The position numbers and the translations under genes were made by a program. The notes under the pieces were generated by a model, which saw only the letters and a program-made list of their open reading frames with translations, was not told the origin of the DNA and made no database searches. DNA of 64,000 nucleotides from an uncultured virus (IMG/VR IMGVR_UViG_3300016464_000060) (Duplodnaviria > Heunggongvirae > Uroviricota > Caudoviricetes): positions 1-64,000 of IMG/VR virus record IMGVR_UViG_3300016464_000060. One strand, written 5' to 3'. This document shows, in pieces, positions 46,501 to 56,331 of this stretch. Numbering within the stretch: the stretch's first letter is position 1; each line of letters starts with the position of its first letter.

Positions 46501-49500
46501 GCCAAGTCCGCCATACCTTGGGGGCCAAGCACTATGTCAACGCCATAGTGACCAATTGTTTCGTGCAGTATTGTTTTCTCAAGATCAAGTAGTGAGTCGT
46601 GCATGTTGCCAACCACCACTACCGTTCCGTCTGGCAGTACGCCTCCCTTGACGGCACTAGCTTCAATGTCCACACCATCCATAGCCAAGGCGCGTAAGAA
46701 CTTAACAGGCGCTTCGTTTAATGTCGGTGCGTAAACAAACTTAACATCTTTAGGCAACTTCTTGGCAAACTCGTCTGCCATTTTCTTGGCTTGGTCTGCA
46801 TCAACTGGGTTAGTAGGCACAGCGCCCTCATAGCGCAACACGGTGCCGCTATCGTTCTCACTACCAGCGTTAGTTAATTTATCAATGTACGTATCGACAA
46901 GTTCACGCAAAACCTTCTTGCGTTCTGCGCTACCTTCGGGGTACATTTTTGCCAACCTGTCGGTCTTAGCCAACTGCATGGCTTGGCGTCTAATCTTGAC
47001 TTCGGCTGAAGTTGCAGATTTCAAAGAGTCGTTACGCTTAATAAGCGGTTTAACGTCTGTGTTTTTCTCTTGACGTTGCAGCGTGCGCATGGTCTTGGCC
47101 ATGTCAGCTGTATTCTCTGCAACAGACACACGTTGGGCTTTAGTTGCCTCCGGTGCTTTAGGAACAATAAACTCGTCTGCTGCTTTCTTGGCAGCAAAAT
47201 ATTGCTGGGTAAGCGTATTGATGCGCTCTTCGTTCTTGGCATCCATTGGGCGCAACTTCTCTTGACGAGTCGTTACCACACCTTCTAATTGCGCCACGGC
47301 GTTTGTAAGTTCTGTCTTACGGCGGTTGTAGCCACCCTCGGTCATACGGCTAGTACCGCGATCCCACGCCTCGTTTAATAAACGTAACTGCGTTTTAGCA
47401 GAGTCAAGTTGGTCTTGGGCATTGCGTAATGACTTACGTGCAGTACTAAGATCTGTTTGCCCCACAAGTGTGCGGGCATGTTCAATCTCTTTGCGCAAGC
47501 GTTCTTGGTCACCACGCGCTTTAAAGTAAGCGTTCTGGTCTTTCTTACTCAACCCCATGACGGCTTCTTGAACTGCCACAGTTGCGTCAAGTTCTATAGG
47601 CTCTGCGCCCATTTCTTCCACGACAGTCACATAACGTGCACCTGCCAAGTCTTCCATGAGTTTTTGTTTGCGTTCTAAGTTAGCGGTCGCTAACTCAATC
47701 TGCTTGTCTGTGCCTTGTCTTTCGGCACGAGCCAGCGCACTACGGGCTTTCTTCAACTGGTCGTATGCTTTAGACGCGTCCAACCCCTTGCGCTTCTTAT
47801 CGTCGTCGTTAGCATCTGGGTCTTTAGCAGGGTCGTAATCAAACACGGGGCCTTCGGCTGTGTAGCGCACAGTCCAGCCAGCGTTCATGGTTTGTACTTG
47901 GCGTTGTTCGCCAAACGTACCTGTAATCTCTGCAGCCTTTGCGCCTTCAGCGCTCAACGCCTTAACACGCTTAACTATCGTGCCGGGCAATCCAAGGCCG
48001 TTATCCAGCGCAGTCTTCAGCGCAGGAGAAACCAACGGTTGCTTAGCCTCAAAGAACGCTTGCAAACCTACATTAGACTTACGAATCTTGGCATTTGCTT
48101 CATCAACAACCGCTTGTGCCTGCACCAATGCCGCCTTGCGCTTAGCAATCTCTGTGCGTTTCTTAGTGTCTTCTGCACGTAAAGCTTGTTCAGCCGCTTT
48201 AACTTTTGCCCAAGCATCTTTTAACGCGCTATCTGCGCGTACCAACATTTGCACATCAACTTCTAACGCCGTTGTCAAGTTGGCGTCCATTGTCTTTATG
48301 GTTTTGTCTATGGTTTGGATGCGCTCGCGCAACTCATAGATGTCTTGGTTAAAGTCAATAAAAGCTTGTTTGTTTGTAGGCGGCTCGGCTCTGGCCAACT
48401 TTGCCAAAGCATCAACCACAGTACCGCGCTCGTTACGAAGTGCTTCTACTTCCTCTGTATGCTGTTTCATCACAGCATCTTTAATTTCTTGCGCACGCGC
48501 CAGCGCTCTACCAAACGCAGTCTTTAATGGCGCAGCAGGGTCTATATCAGAATTAAACTCCTCCATAAAACTTTCAGTCATGCGCTGCAGTCGGCCTTCT
48601 GCCGTTTGCAAAAACTGCATAGTCTCTAAGTCAGAACGCAAACTAATTAAATTTTGTATTTCAAAATAACTAAGCACACGTTGGTCAGGCGTTTCGCCTT
48701 TCATGCGCTTACTTAACACTTTAATTTGGCTATTTAAAACACCAATGTCTTTTTGGGTTTTGTTTAAAGTTGGTTGCTCTTCTGTCAAAGCAGTAAACGT
48801 AACTTCTGGTTTTACCAATCCGTTTTTACGAACACGCTCGTCGGTAGCATCCATGACGCGTTTGGCATCGTCCACTGCTTTTTGTGCAACCAATAACGCG
48901 TCGGCTGTCTCGGGCATGGCTTCTGCAGCCTGTGCCAACTCACTAACCAAATCAAGTTGGGCATCACTGACAGTAAGCAAAAAGCTTTTTGCTCGTGCTT
49001 CAAACTCGTCGGATAATTTACGTAGTCTTTTTTCTTCTTCCCTGTAAAGTGTAATAGTTGCATTTGCAGCACGATTAGCTTTGACGCCTTCAAGTAATTG
49101 TTTTTCTTCTTCAGCAGTAAGCGGATGTGCTTTTAAATATTCAGGCGTTATTTGGATAACCGTTGTTGGGCCTGTACGCATACCAACAGCGCGCGCACCT
49201 TCTCTAAGGGCAAACAAATATTTTTCATGTACTAAGTCGGCCTTGCGTTTGTACTCGCCCGACATTTCGTTGTAATACTGCGATGTAGTTGGCAAAGAGC
49301 CCCTGCCCATTTTGCGCAAATTAGCCAACACGGTATTAGCCGTTACATAGTCTGTTCGTACTTGGTACAACTCCGCCTGTGTAACAGGCAAAGTAGCAAC
49401 GGTTTCTTTAGCGGCTTTGCGTAATTTAGCAATCTTGCCGTATTTGCTAGAGCCTAAAAACTTTTCCGCAGACTCAAAGACCATGCCTTTTTCTGGCACT

Positions 49501-52500
49501 TCACCAAACATGTCTTGGGTAAATAAGTCTTCAGTCTTGCCTGTAGAAAACAACCCGATGTCTTGCAAAGCTTTTTTGTTCTTGACGTAAGCAGTCTCTA
49601 AACTGTCAAGCAGTTTGTTTAACTCTTTAACACGGCGTAGTTGACTTTCGTTAAGCGGTCTGCGTGGTGGGACGCGTTCGCCAAGACGTACTTCTTTTTG
49701 TTCTACAGGCTTTAATCCTGTAGCAATTTCTTCCAATTCCGCTTTGGCGTCTCTAATGGCGGTACTAAGCACGCGGTCGTTGTCTTCAAACTCCGTGCCT
49801 AACTCGGTAGCCATATCTTCGCTAAGACCTAACTCGTGCATGCGTTGTAGCGACTTAGCAACCGTGTCGTAATCTTTAGCAACAAACGCTTCTTGGGCTT
49901 TAGCCTTTAATTCATCCAACTCATCACGGCGCTCTTTAAAGTCAAGCGGTAGAGTTGGCGGTTGTACCTTGGCTTCTTCGGATTTAACAAACTTGTCGTA
50001 GTTGTCACGCAGTTTGGCAATCTCGTTTACCAACTTTTCGCGTTCGGCTTTCTTGCCATGAACGCCTTTGAGTTTTTCCAATTCTTTTTCTTTGGCAACA
50101 ACAGCGTCCATTAAGCGTTGTTTAATACCCATTGGTCCAATACCTGCCGCACGGGTAGGCTTGGTTGGCTCGGTTGCTTTTTCAACTACAGCGTCTAACT
50201 GTTCTTGGATAGACTCCAGCGCACGAGGCAAACTGCCAAATGGCCGGCGCTCTAATGCACGAATGTCTTTCTGGAATGTGCCATATGTAGCGTGTTTGCG
50301 CCCCAAGTCGGACAGCATCTGGGCAATCTGCTGCGATATTTCTGAGTCGCGTGCATTGAGTTTGGTAAAACCTTCTTTGACTTTAAGATACTTTTGTTGC
50401 TCTGCTTCACGCGCTGCATGCTCTGGCGTACCAAGTTTACCGTCTGGCATAGCTTGCCATTTCTGACGCGCAGGCTCAAGAAAGTTTTGCTGGTAGTTCT
50501 TCATCTGCTGGCGCACGCGTTGCAATTCTTCTTGCAACGACTTCAGTTTGCCAACAGCACGGTCTAGTTTCTTTTGCTCTTCGGGTGTGCGAACGTACTT
50601 TTCTCCGGCGTAAACCAGCTCGCCTGTTTCTGTACGCTTTTCTTCCGCTTCTTTTTGTGACTTAATTAATGGCTCTTGCACCTTGCCCGTTACTTCAACA
50701 GTCTTGGGTCGTGCCAAGTAACGCGTGCTTAACTCCATCAAAGGTCTAGACAACTGATCCGTTATTTGTAATACATCCGTAGCCGTTAGACCGGGCTGAC
50801 GTTCAGCGGCTCGACCATGCGCTATCTCAGACAGCGCAGCTTGCACATACAAGCGGCGTAAAGTAACTAAGCGTTTTGCGTCTAACGTATCGAGCACCGG
50901 TTTGTTTGACGCTTTAGCCCGTGCTAACCAGCCCAGTAATTGCTGGAATATTGCTTCTTTCTTTTCTGCTTGACGCCGCGCTTCCAGTTTGTGGCGCATA
51001 GCGCTTACTTTGTCAGTAGGCGCAGTTTTAATGTCCGCCGCACCGCTAATACCCAACGCTTGGGCTAAGTCGTTTGCATCTTTAGTTTTAATTTGCTCTA
51101 ACGGTGGCAGTTTTGTGCTGACAACTTCTGGGCGATGTAGCGTCTTGGTCAGTTCTTCTGCTGTTTTTTCTTCGCGCACACCAACGCCAGTCTTAGATTG
51201 CAACTCTGTAATGTGGTTTAACAGGCGTTGTGCTTCTTCTGCTTGTACGTCACGGCGGATAATGTCTTTGGCGGCAGGCGTTAGCCGACCTTCCATGTCG
51301 TATAGTTTGTTTTCTGTAAACTGATCGTTTACAAATTTAAAGTCCTCTTGTGCTTGGGCTTTGTGTTTTGCCAGCACATCGCGCAATTTGTTGCGAACTT
51401 GCGTAGCAGTTTCTGGGTTATTTAAGTCTAGTGTGGCATTACCAAAACCAGTAAGACCCAGAGCTTGGCGCACTTCTGCCGTAATCAATCCAGTATCAAT
51501 GGCTTCTTGGACAGAAGTTTTGCCGCCAACCAGTGTTTCTTTTTCTATCCGTGCGGCTTCAGCATCCGTAATGTCTTTGGCTTTGCCTTGCGCGTCCACG
51601 ATGTACGGCACACGGCGCGTGGGGCCGGTAGTGCCTTCAACGGGCACATCACGGTACAAAACTTTTTGCCTTTGTTCTGGAACTTGACCTTTGCGCAGGG
51701 CTTGCGCATACTGTTCTGGCGTTAATTCAAACTGTTTACCGACTTCACGTTCGGTTAGTTGTTGTTCGTACTCTTGGCCTTGGGCAAACAAAGCCTGTTG
51801 CTGTTGGGTCTGGGCTTCCCGTTTCTTGCGTTCTGCCTCAGTCTCAAACTTACCGAACCCTTCTTCAATTTCGGCAATATCTTGTTGGAGTTGGCGCTTT
51901 TCGTAGCCCGGAGCAAACATATCCATCTGCTCTTCAGGCATAGCCCGCACCTCGCCCGGCCTAATTTCACTAGGCACCATGCGTGTTTCTGCGGCGCGTT
52001 GTTTGTTTATTGCATCAAGCTGCTGGGCTATCTGGCTAACTTTGGCGTAGTCGCCAACACTTCTGGCTTCTGCCATTTGTGCGTATAGTGAGTCAGCACT
52101 TACTTCTTTTGGCTGTGTCTTCTTTATGTCTGCTATAGCCAACCGCGCTTTTTCTTCTGCGCTTGCTAACTGTTGAAGTTGCAAAGCCAGCCGCGACACG
52201 GTGGCCATGTCGTTCCTAGCCTCGGCCTCGTCCATTTGTCTTTGTAAAGCGGGGATGGCAGTGCTATATCCGCGCATCTCTTGTTCTAGGCGCTGTTGCT
52301 CTTGTCTAAGTTCATCTTGTTTAGCAAGACGTTCTTCATCTAACTGTTGGGGTGTTTTAAGTGGTGAGTATTCCCCCGCTTGTAGGGTATCTCCCATTAA
52401 CGCCAACAGTTCTGGCGTGCCTGTCTTGCGTGCTTCTTCTAGCGCAGCCTTACGTTTTTCAGCCTCTTCTGTCTCTTGACGTAAGCGCTCTTCTTCTTGC

Positions 52501-53489
52501 AACGTCTTGAGTTGTTCGGCGGCTCGCTCTTCTTCCGTCTTGCGGGCAATATCGGCACGGGCTGCAGCTTTGTCTGAAAACCGGCCAGCCGCACCAATAG
52601 GAGAAAGCAAACCAACCTGATAAGCTGTTTCTCCGTACTCTTTCAACGCATCCGCATTTGTTAGGGATAACCCTGCTTGTGCCCGTTCCAACATCTGTTG
52701 GGCAATTTCGGTTGGAATTTCCGCCAGTGCGCCGGTAGTAATACCTTTACGTAAGGTTGTCAGTAATTTTTCTTCCGCTAAAGCAGCGGCTTTACCAGCA
52801 GTATCGCCAAGCAACGCTTTCTCAGGTATGCCGGTTAGTTTGCTAACAAGACGCCCACCTAAAGGAATAAAGCTACCCGCTACATCAAGCGCGGCTTGAG
52901 GAACAGCGGCTGCAGCAGCAGCGCTTCGACTGATCGGTGCTCTTTCTTGAACTTGGCGTTCAATGTTTCCACCAAACTGGGTTAACAATGACGGGGCTAA
53001 TGCTCCACCAACACCACCAATTACAGAACCAACAGGGCCTGCTAATGAGCCAAGTGCAGCACCGGCACGCGCACCACCTAACGTAGCGGCAATATTTGGG
53101 GCTTGTTCAGCAAGGGCAGCAGGAATTTGACTTAACGCTTCTCCCGCCGCAGGCAAAATACCGCGCTGTTTGTATGCGTCAATAACTTTGTCAAGGCTAA
53201 CTTGTTCGGCGTAGCGAGAGCCTATATCACGCCCGCGTTCTATGCCTTTGCGTCCAGCTTCTTCTGGTGCACCAACTAAAGCGCCTATACCCGTGCGGGC
53301 TTGTGACAGTAAAGATTCCGCACCTTTGCCAAGCGCTGCCCCAAGACCTTCTTTGGCTAACCCAACGCGCTCGTAAAAGTCGGAGATTGGCATCTCCGGA
53401 TAAAACTTGTTATGTAGTGCATCTGCCAGTTCCCTATCGCTTAACTCGTTATATTGCGGGTATTGCTGGCGGATTTCACTAATTTTCAT
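43542..53489 (-). CDS. Giant polyvalent internal virion/ejection protein with zincin-like motif and LPD38-like C-terminus
   Basis: 3315 aa; Gly/Ala hydrophobic N-terminal region, long coiled coils, ILHETIGHYG, IPFFNAQIQ...RLPVPFEIG. Confidence 0.75.
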   Translation of the reverse strand: MKISEIRQQYPQYNELSDRELADALHNKFYPEMPISDFYERVGLAKEGLGAALGKGAESLLSQARTGIGALVGAPEEAGRKGIERGRDIGSRYAEQVSLDKVIDAYKQRGILPAAGEALSQIPAALAEQAPNIAATLGGARAGAALGSLAGPVGSVIGGVGGALAPSLLTQFGGNIERQVQERAPISRSAAAAAAVPQAALDVAGSFIPLGGRLVSKLTGIPEKALLGDTAGKAAALAEEKLLTTLRKGITTGALAEIPTEIAQQMLERAQAGLSLTNADALKEYGETAYQVGLLSPIGAAGRFSDKAAARADIARKTEEERAAEQLKTLQEEERLRQETEEAEKRKAALEEARKTGTPELLALMGDTLQAGEYSPLKTPQQLDEERLAKQDELRQEQQRLEQEMRGYSTAIPALQRQMDEAEARNDMATVSRLALQLQQLASAEEKARLAIADIKKTQPKEVSADSLYAQMAEARSVGDYAKVSQIAQQLDAINKQRAAETRMVPSEIRPGEVRAMPEEQMDMFAPGYEKRQLQQDIAEIEEGFGKFETEAERKKREAQTQQQQALFAQGQEYEQQLTEREVGKQFELTPEQYAQALRKGQVPEQRQKVLYRDVPVEGTTGPTRRVPYIVDAQGKAKDITDAEAARIEKETLVGGKTSVQEAIDTGLITAEVRQALGLTGFGNATLDLNNPETATQVRNKLRDVLAKHKAQAQEDFKFVNDQFTENKLYDMEGRLTPAAKDIIRRDVQAEEAQRLLNHITELQSKTGVGVREEKTAEELTKTLHRPEVVSTKLPPLEQIKTKDANDLAQALGISGAADIKTAPTDKVSAMRHKLEARRQAEKKEAIFQQLLGWLARAKASNKPVLDTLDAKRLVTLRRLYVQAALSEIAHGRAAERQPGLTATDVLQITDQLSRPLMELSTRYLARPKTVEVTGKVQEPLIKSQKEAEEKRTETGELVYAGEKYVRTPEEQKKLDRAVGKLKSLQEELQRVRQQMKNYQQNFLEPARQKWQAMPDGKLGTPEHAAREAEQQKYLKVKEGFTKLNARDSEISQQIAQMLSDLGRKHATYGTFQKDIRALERRPFGSLPRALESIQEQLDAVVEKATEPTKPTRAAGIGPMGIKQRLMDAVVAKEKELEKLKGVHGKKAEREKLVNEIAKLRDNYDKFVKSEEAKVQPPTLPLDFKERRDELDELKAKAQEAFVAKDYDTVAKSLQRMHELGLSEDMATELGTEFEDNDRVLSTAIRDAKAELEEIATGLKPVEQKEVRLGERVPPRRPLNESQLRRVKELNKLLDSLETAYVKNKKALQDIGLFSTGKTEDLFTQDMFGEVPEKGMVFESAEKFLGSSKYGKIAKLRKAAKETVATLPVTQAELYQVRTDYVTANTVLANLRKMGRGSLPTTSQYYNEMSGEYKRKADLVHEKYLFALREGARAVGMRTGPTTVIQITPEYLKAHPLTAEEEKQLLEGVKANRAANATITLYREEEKRLRKLSDEFEARAKSFLLTVSDAQLDLVSELAQAAEAMPETADALLVAQKAVDDAKRVMDATDERVRKNGLVKPEVTFTALTEEQPTLNKTQKDIGVLNSQIKVLSKRMKGETPDQRVLSYFEIQNLISLRSDLETMQFLQTAEGRLQRMTESFMEEFNSDIDPAAPLKTAFGRALARAQEIKDAVMKQHTEEVEALRNERGTVVDALAKLARAEPPTNKQAFIDFNQDIYELRERIQTIDKTIKTMDANLTTALEVDVQMLVRADSALKDAWAKVKAAEQALRAEDTKKRTEIAKRKAALVQAQAVVDEANAKIRKSNVGLQAFFEAKQPLVSPALKTALDNGLGLPGTIVKRVKALSAEGAKAAEITGTFGEQRQVQTMNAGWTVRYTAEGPVFDYDPAKDPDANDDDKKRKGLDASKAYDQLKKARSALARAERQGTDKQIELATANLERKQKLMEDLAGARYVTVVEEMGAEPIELDATVAVQEAVMGLSKKDQNAYFKARGDQERLRKEIEHARTLVGQTDLSTARKSLRNAQDQLDSAKTQLRLLNEAWDRGTSRMTEGGYNRRKTELTNAVAQLEGVVTTRQEKLRPMDAKNEERINTLTQQYFAAKKAADEFIVPKAPEATKAQRVSVAENTADMAKTMRTLQRQEKNTDVKPLIKRNDSLKSATSAEVKIRRQAMQLAKTDRLAKMYPEGSAERKKVLRELVDTYIDKLTNAGSENDSGTVLRYEGAVPTNPVDADQAKKMADEFAKKLPKDVKFVYAPTLNEAPVKFLRALAMDGVDIEASAVKGGVLPDGTVVVVGNMHDSLLDLEKTILHETIGHYGVDIVLGPQGMADLAKAIRTSEGGIYGMAEALGVESDVAKTAQAWENKALAAEAKGNVEEAAKLRRIGEVQAVREMLATLQERTVDESFVEKMGRYIKVILGAIRSALKSMGLMNAANVSTNDLYYTLFQATRKMQQELAGTYVSPTGMLAMKSEAVRYANGLLAEAGRTSDAAIATDKSWYDSVRANGSGVAFETQLVDRFAGFERLSKVMEPLKGSQMMYYLRMYDQRMNFTAQSVGNGAIELQDIVRKDGRTEHIFASKAGPSIKSVVNILKDAPAGSPEAAQRLFTLYMSAIRAKDKGLDALNFGGKVTQAQLDQAMRAIEATPGLKANFDRARKEYNAYNRNLIKLLERTGVITKEVAADLVKNDDYIPWYRERNGVAELIIGKETPIRIGSIAEQPYLHQLIGGDRPILDFLTSSVQNTNMIVDMALRNMATKNAVFELESIDLAKFVGRTDGPNIVKFKVDGVDKYAMIQGTREIPGDLLVKGMEGIPTQMPVIFRAMGAPARLLRKAVTALPLYSAKQLFRDSLAAPILAGANFSPVMGALKEIGSPTKGVLESRGITGGQIFTGTTEDLTMILKRMSENKPGWLNSLSKWEAMTMEADATTRRAQYNSYIKQGLSEMEATLMALESMNFNKRGASPSIHIISSLIPFFNAQIQSLNVLYKSLFGKMPFNERLKIQEKLLTRGMMLAAGTLAYTAMMQDDEAYKNATPDQKYGNWFIRVPGVDEPVRLPVPFEIGYIFKALPEALYNSMVDKHGGEDAVKAFEQILLQTIPGGTSYGIPQALKPYVEAKLGKSFYTGRDILSAQEKSLLPEQQFREQTSEIAKSLGKAGGVSPIMIEHLVQGYTGGLGLALMQALSIGYSPTGTPEKAYKRLSEMPLIGGAFQPNDAGAIITNMYDRMLEVQKVQNTVDDMLLKGQRAEAMALLQKRGNEYMASEMADYYTSTIRELTQYETAIRASNLSPIEKRQQLDKVRQTKIKFASGMREVADKTIPQ

Positions 53490-53491
53490 AA

Positions 53492-55345
53492 CTAGCCTTT
53501 ACCTAGGATTCCTAGTGGGTCATTTTGTGATGGTCCCGGCTGTGCTAGGGCAGGGGCCATTTTTATACCAAATTGGTTGTATGCGTCCATGCGGTATTTG
53601 TTTCGCATTCTGTCATACAAGTCTGGCGATTGTAACAACAACATTTTATTGTTTTTAGCCCAAGTATCAAGCGCTTCTTGTGCAGCTTTTTCAGCCAACT
53701 GCACTTCGTTCTTTTCTTTGGCTCCGCGCTCAATTGCTTCGCTATAAGCGCCGTAGTATTTACCCAATGCTTTGCGGTACTCGGATTCGCTTGCCGCTTT
53801 TTCGGCTGCAGCCACATCCCCAACCGTACCAATACCAGCTTCGCCAACCGCACCAAACAAATTGGGGTTTTTGTTAGCCAACAAGCGCATCCCCATAAGA
53901 AACGCTGGGTCTTTAAATAAACTGGCAAGCCCACCACTACCGGTAGCCGCACTTTCTTTTGTTACTTCTGGGGGCTCTGGCGGCTTTTTAATTTCTGGCG
54001 TTGGCTGAACTTGTCCCAGACTTCTATCTGTGGCTTCTAAATCTTCGCCCATTTTCATAGGCGGTATTGTTTTTTCTTTTTCCATTCCGCCTGTTGGGTA
54101 ACTAACAATTCGTTTACCCAACTCAAGCATTTGCTGTCCATAAGGCATTGTTGCAGGAGGTGTTTTTTCTTTAGCGACCTTTGTAATTGCGGCGGCTAAA
54201 CCTGTATCGCTACCAATATCGCCTTGTAATTGCTCCAACTGTTCTGGAGTAGCGTTGGTTAAAGCATTTGCTGCGCCTTTGCTTAGCGCCAGTCCAGTAA
54301 GCCCTGTTGTTAAAGGCACAGACGCAGCAGTACCAACTTTACCCAAAGCTTGGCCTACAGTGGTTCCGGGGCGAAACATAGGCGCTGTTAATGCTTCTTT
54401 TCCTACCGCCGCAGTGCCACCTAAAGTTGCTAAACCCGCTGCTGTTCTTGGAAGTAATGACGCTAAACGTGCATCTTGTTGAGGAACGTCGGCAGCTGCT
54501 TGCGCAGTTCCAACAGGGACAGGCGTCTTATCTATGCTATCTCTTGCTTCTGGCAACGTTGATACAGAAGACGCTAAATTCATAAGACGGTTGTTCCAAC
54601 CTGCCAAAGAACTACCGTGTACTTTAGGATTAGTTTCTGCTAAACGGTTGTATTCTTCTAAACGGTCTTCAAGCAATTTATTGACATCACCGCCTGAGTT
54701 GTTTACTGCTTGTTTAGCAAAATCATATCTGTGGTTTACAAAAGTATCGAGCGCAGCCGCAGCAAGTTTTGGGTTGCGTTTGGCCATATCGCCAAGTTTG
54801 TTGGCGTCCCAATAGTCGCGTTTATAAATGCGTTTTGCTTCTTCTTTGGTTAACTTATCAAGGTCAACATTCGGATGCCCTTTAGCACTAATGCCGTATT
54901 TAGTACGCCCGCCTTGATCAACAGTTTCCCCACCTTCACGCTCAAACAATGCAGCAACGGCCTGTTCAAAAACAGCGTTAGGATCATACGGATTAGTTAC
55001 GAGCCCTTTGTCTTTAAATCCAATGATGCCACCTTCTGCTTTACCTATTGGTGCCATGTTAGGCGCAGGCAATCTGCCAATACCAAGGTTCTCTGGCAAC
55101 GCTCCAGTCACATTACCCATAGGGTCAACTGCCGCCATCTCAGCAATATCCTGATCCACAACTGTTGGCTGTTGCACACCTGCCAATTTTGCTTGTGCAC
55201 TAACACGCATTGCTTTGCGACGATTAGATTCGGCTAATGCTAGTGAAACGGTATACGGGTCGTTTTTGTGCATCGCCGCATACTTTTGCAACATTAGGTC
55301 TGGCATTTTTGCCAGTTGGCTTGTAATTTGGTTGACGTTAAACAT
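53492..55345 (-). CDS. Internal virion protein with GH108-like lysozyme domain
   Basis: EREGG..VDQGGRTKYGIS...LTKEEAKRIYKRDYWD...GWNNR. Confidence 0.8.
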   Translation of the reverse strand: MFNVNQITSQLAKMPDLMLQKYAAMHKNDPYTVSLALAESNRRKAMRVSAQAKLAGVQQPTVVDQDIAEMAAVDPMGNVTGALPENLGIGRLPAPNMAPIGKAEGGIIGFKDKGLVTNPYDPNAVFEQAVAALFEREGGETVDQGGRTKYGISAKGHPNVDLDKLTKEEAKRIYKRDYWDANKLGDMAKRNPKLAAAALDTFVNHRYDFAKQAVNNSGGDVNKLLEDRLEEYNRLAETNPKVHGSSLAGWNNRLMNLASSVSTLPEARDSIDKTPVPVGTAQAAADVPQQDARLASLLPRTAAGLATLGGTAAVGKEALTAPMFRPGTTVGQALGKVGTAASVPLTTGLTGLALSKGAANALTNATPEQLEQLQGDIGSDTGLAAAITKVAKEKTPPATMPYGQQMLELGKRIVSYPTGGMEKEKTIPPMKMGEDLEATDRSLGQVQPTPEIKKPPEPPEVTKESAATGSGGLASLFKDPAFLMGMRLLANKNPNLFGAVGEAGIGTVGDVAAAEKAASESEYRKALGKYYGAYSEAIERGAKEKNEVQLAEKAAQEALDTWAKNNKMLLLQSPDLYDRMRNKYRMDAYNQFGIKMAPALAQPGPSQNDPLGILGKG

Positions 55346-55353
55346 GTTGTCCC

Positions 55354-56322
55354 TTACCCCATTTTATGGATGGCTAATTCAGCTAATCCTGCCGGACGTT
55401 TTTCTTTAATTGCGCCGCCTTTTGCAGAGGCTTTAAGCGGGTTGCCAAACGAGTTATTAAGCGCGGCTGCCGTCAATCCCAAACCAGCCACTTGCGCTAG
55501 TTGACTAGGATTTGAATACACATTTTGAATTGAGCTAGTCATTGGCAAACCAGTCAAAATACCTTGCATGTAACTCAGTTTGTTGAAGGGGTCTTGTTTT
55601 TGCGCCAAGAAGTCTTGGTACTGCTGGTTCAAAATGTTTTGTTGTTGCTGTTGCTGCTGAGTGCCCAACGCATTTTGCAAGTTAATGTTGCCTGTTTGTT
55701 GCGCATACTGGTTTTGCCCTAACTGCCCCAAGGTACTAGCGGCTTGACCAGCGGTATTGAGTCCAGCCAGTTGGTTTTGCAAATTCTGGTTGTACTGTTG
55801 TTGGGCTTGGGCAAACGCATTGTTGTAGCCCTGCCCAATAATGCTCTGTAGCCCCATGTTACGGTTGCGCTCGTTTTCAGCGGCCATGATTGCTTCACGC
55901 GCTCCACCAAAAGCGCCTACTTTTGTAGCATTAGCTTGCTGTTGAGTACCCCCAATGTCATACATCCGGTTAGCTTCTGCTAACTGGGGAGCCAGCACGT
56001 ACTGTAGATACGGGTTCATATACCCACCGACTTGGCTTTGGAACCCGTATGGATTAGCCTGTCCTGCAACGCCTAAACCGCCAATACCAGCAGTACCCGC
56101 CAAACCCGTAGCTTGTCCAGTTTGTGGGGTTATCCCTAAGTTACTTGCACCAGTAAATGCTTGGTTTTGTAAGCCAGTAAAGTCTGCAGTTCGCTGTGCT
56201 GGGTATGGCTGATAGGGCGTGCCAGTTAATGCTTCGGCTTTGCCTAACAAATTTTCTACATATGGCTGGGCATACGCAGAGATCGCATTTTGTTGCGTGA
56301 CGACTTGTGTTGGATCTGCCAT
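55354..56322 (-). CDS. Internal virion/DNA-ejection protein
   Basis: Gln-rich; YMNPY, GAFGGAR motifs. Confidence 0.7.
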   Translation of the reverse strand: MADPTQVVTQQNAISAYAQPYVENLLGKAEALTGTPYQPYPAQRTADFTGLQNQAFTGASNLGITPQTGQATGLAGTAGIGGLGVAGQANPYGFQSQVGGYMNPYLQYVLAPQLAEANRMYDIGGTQQQANATKVGAFGGAREAIMAAENERNRNMGLQSIIGQGYNNAFAQAQQQYNQNLQNQLAGLNTAGQAASTLGQLGQNQYAQQTGNINLQNALGTQQQQQQQNILNQQYQDFLAQKQDPFNKLSYMQGILTGLPMTSSIQNVYSNPSQLAQVAGLGLTAAALNNSFGNPLKASAKGGAIKEKRPAGLAELAIHKMG

Positions 56323-56331
56323 TTCTTTTCC

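Noticed and set aside
43542..53489. Giant protein as an N4-like virion RNA polymerase
   Set aside because: Size is similar, but I found no convincing RNAP catalytic motifs; zincin and LPD38-like features fit a polyvalent protein.
43998..53658. Many plus-strand ORFs opposite the giant gene, and similar antisense ORFs elsewhere
   Set aside because: Shadow frames of real genes, with no RBS or recognisable motifs.
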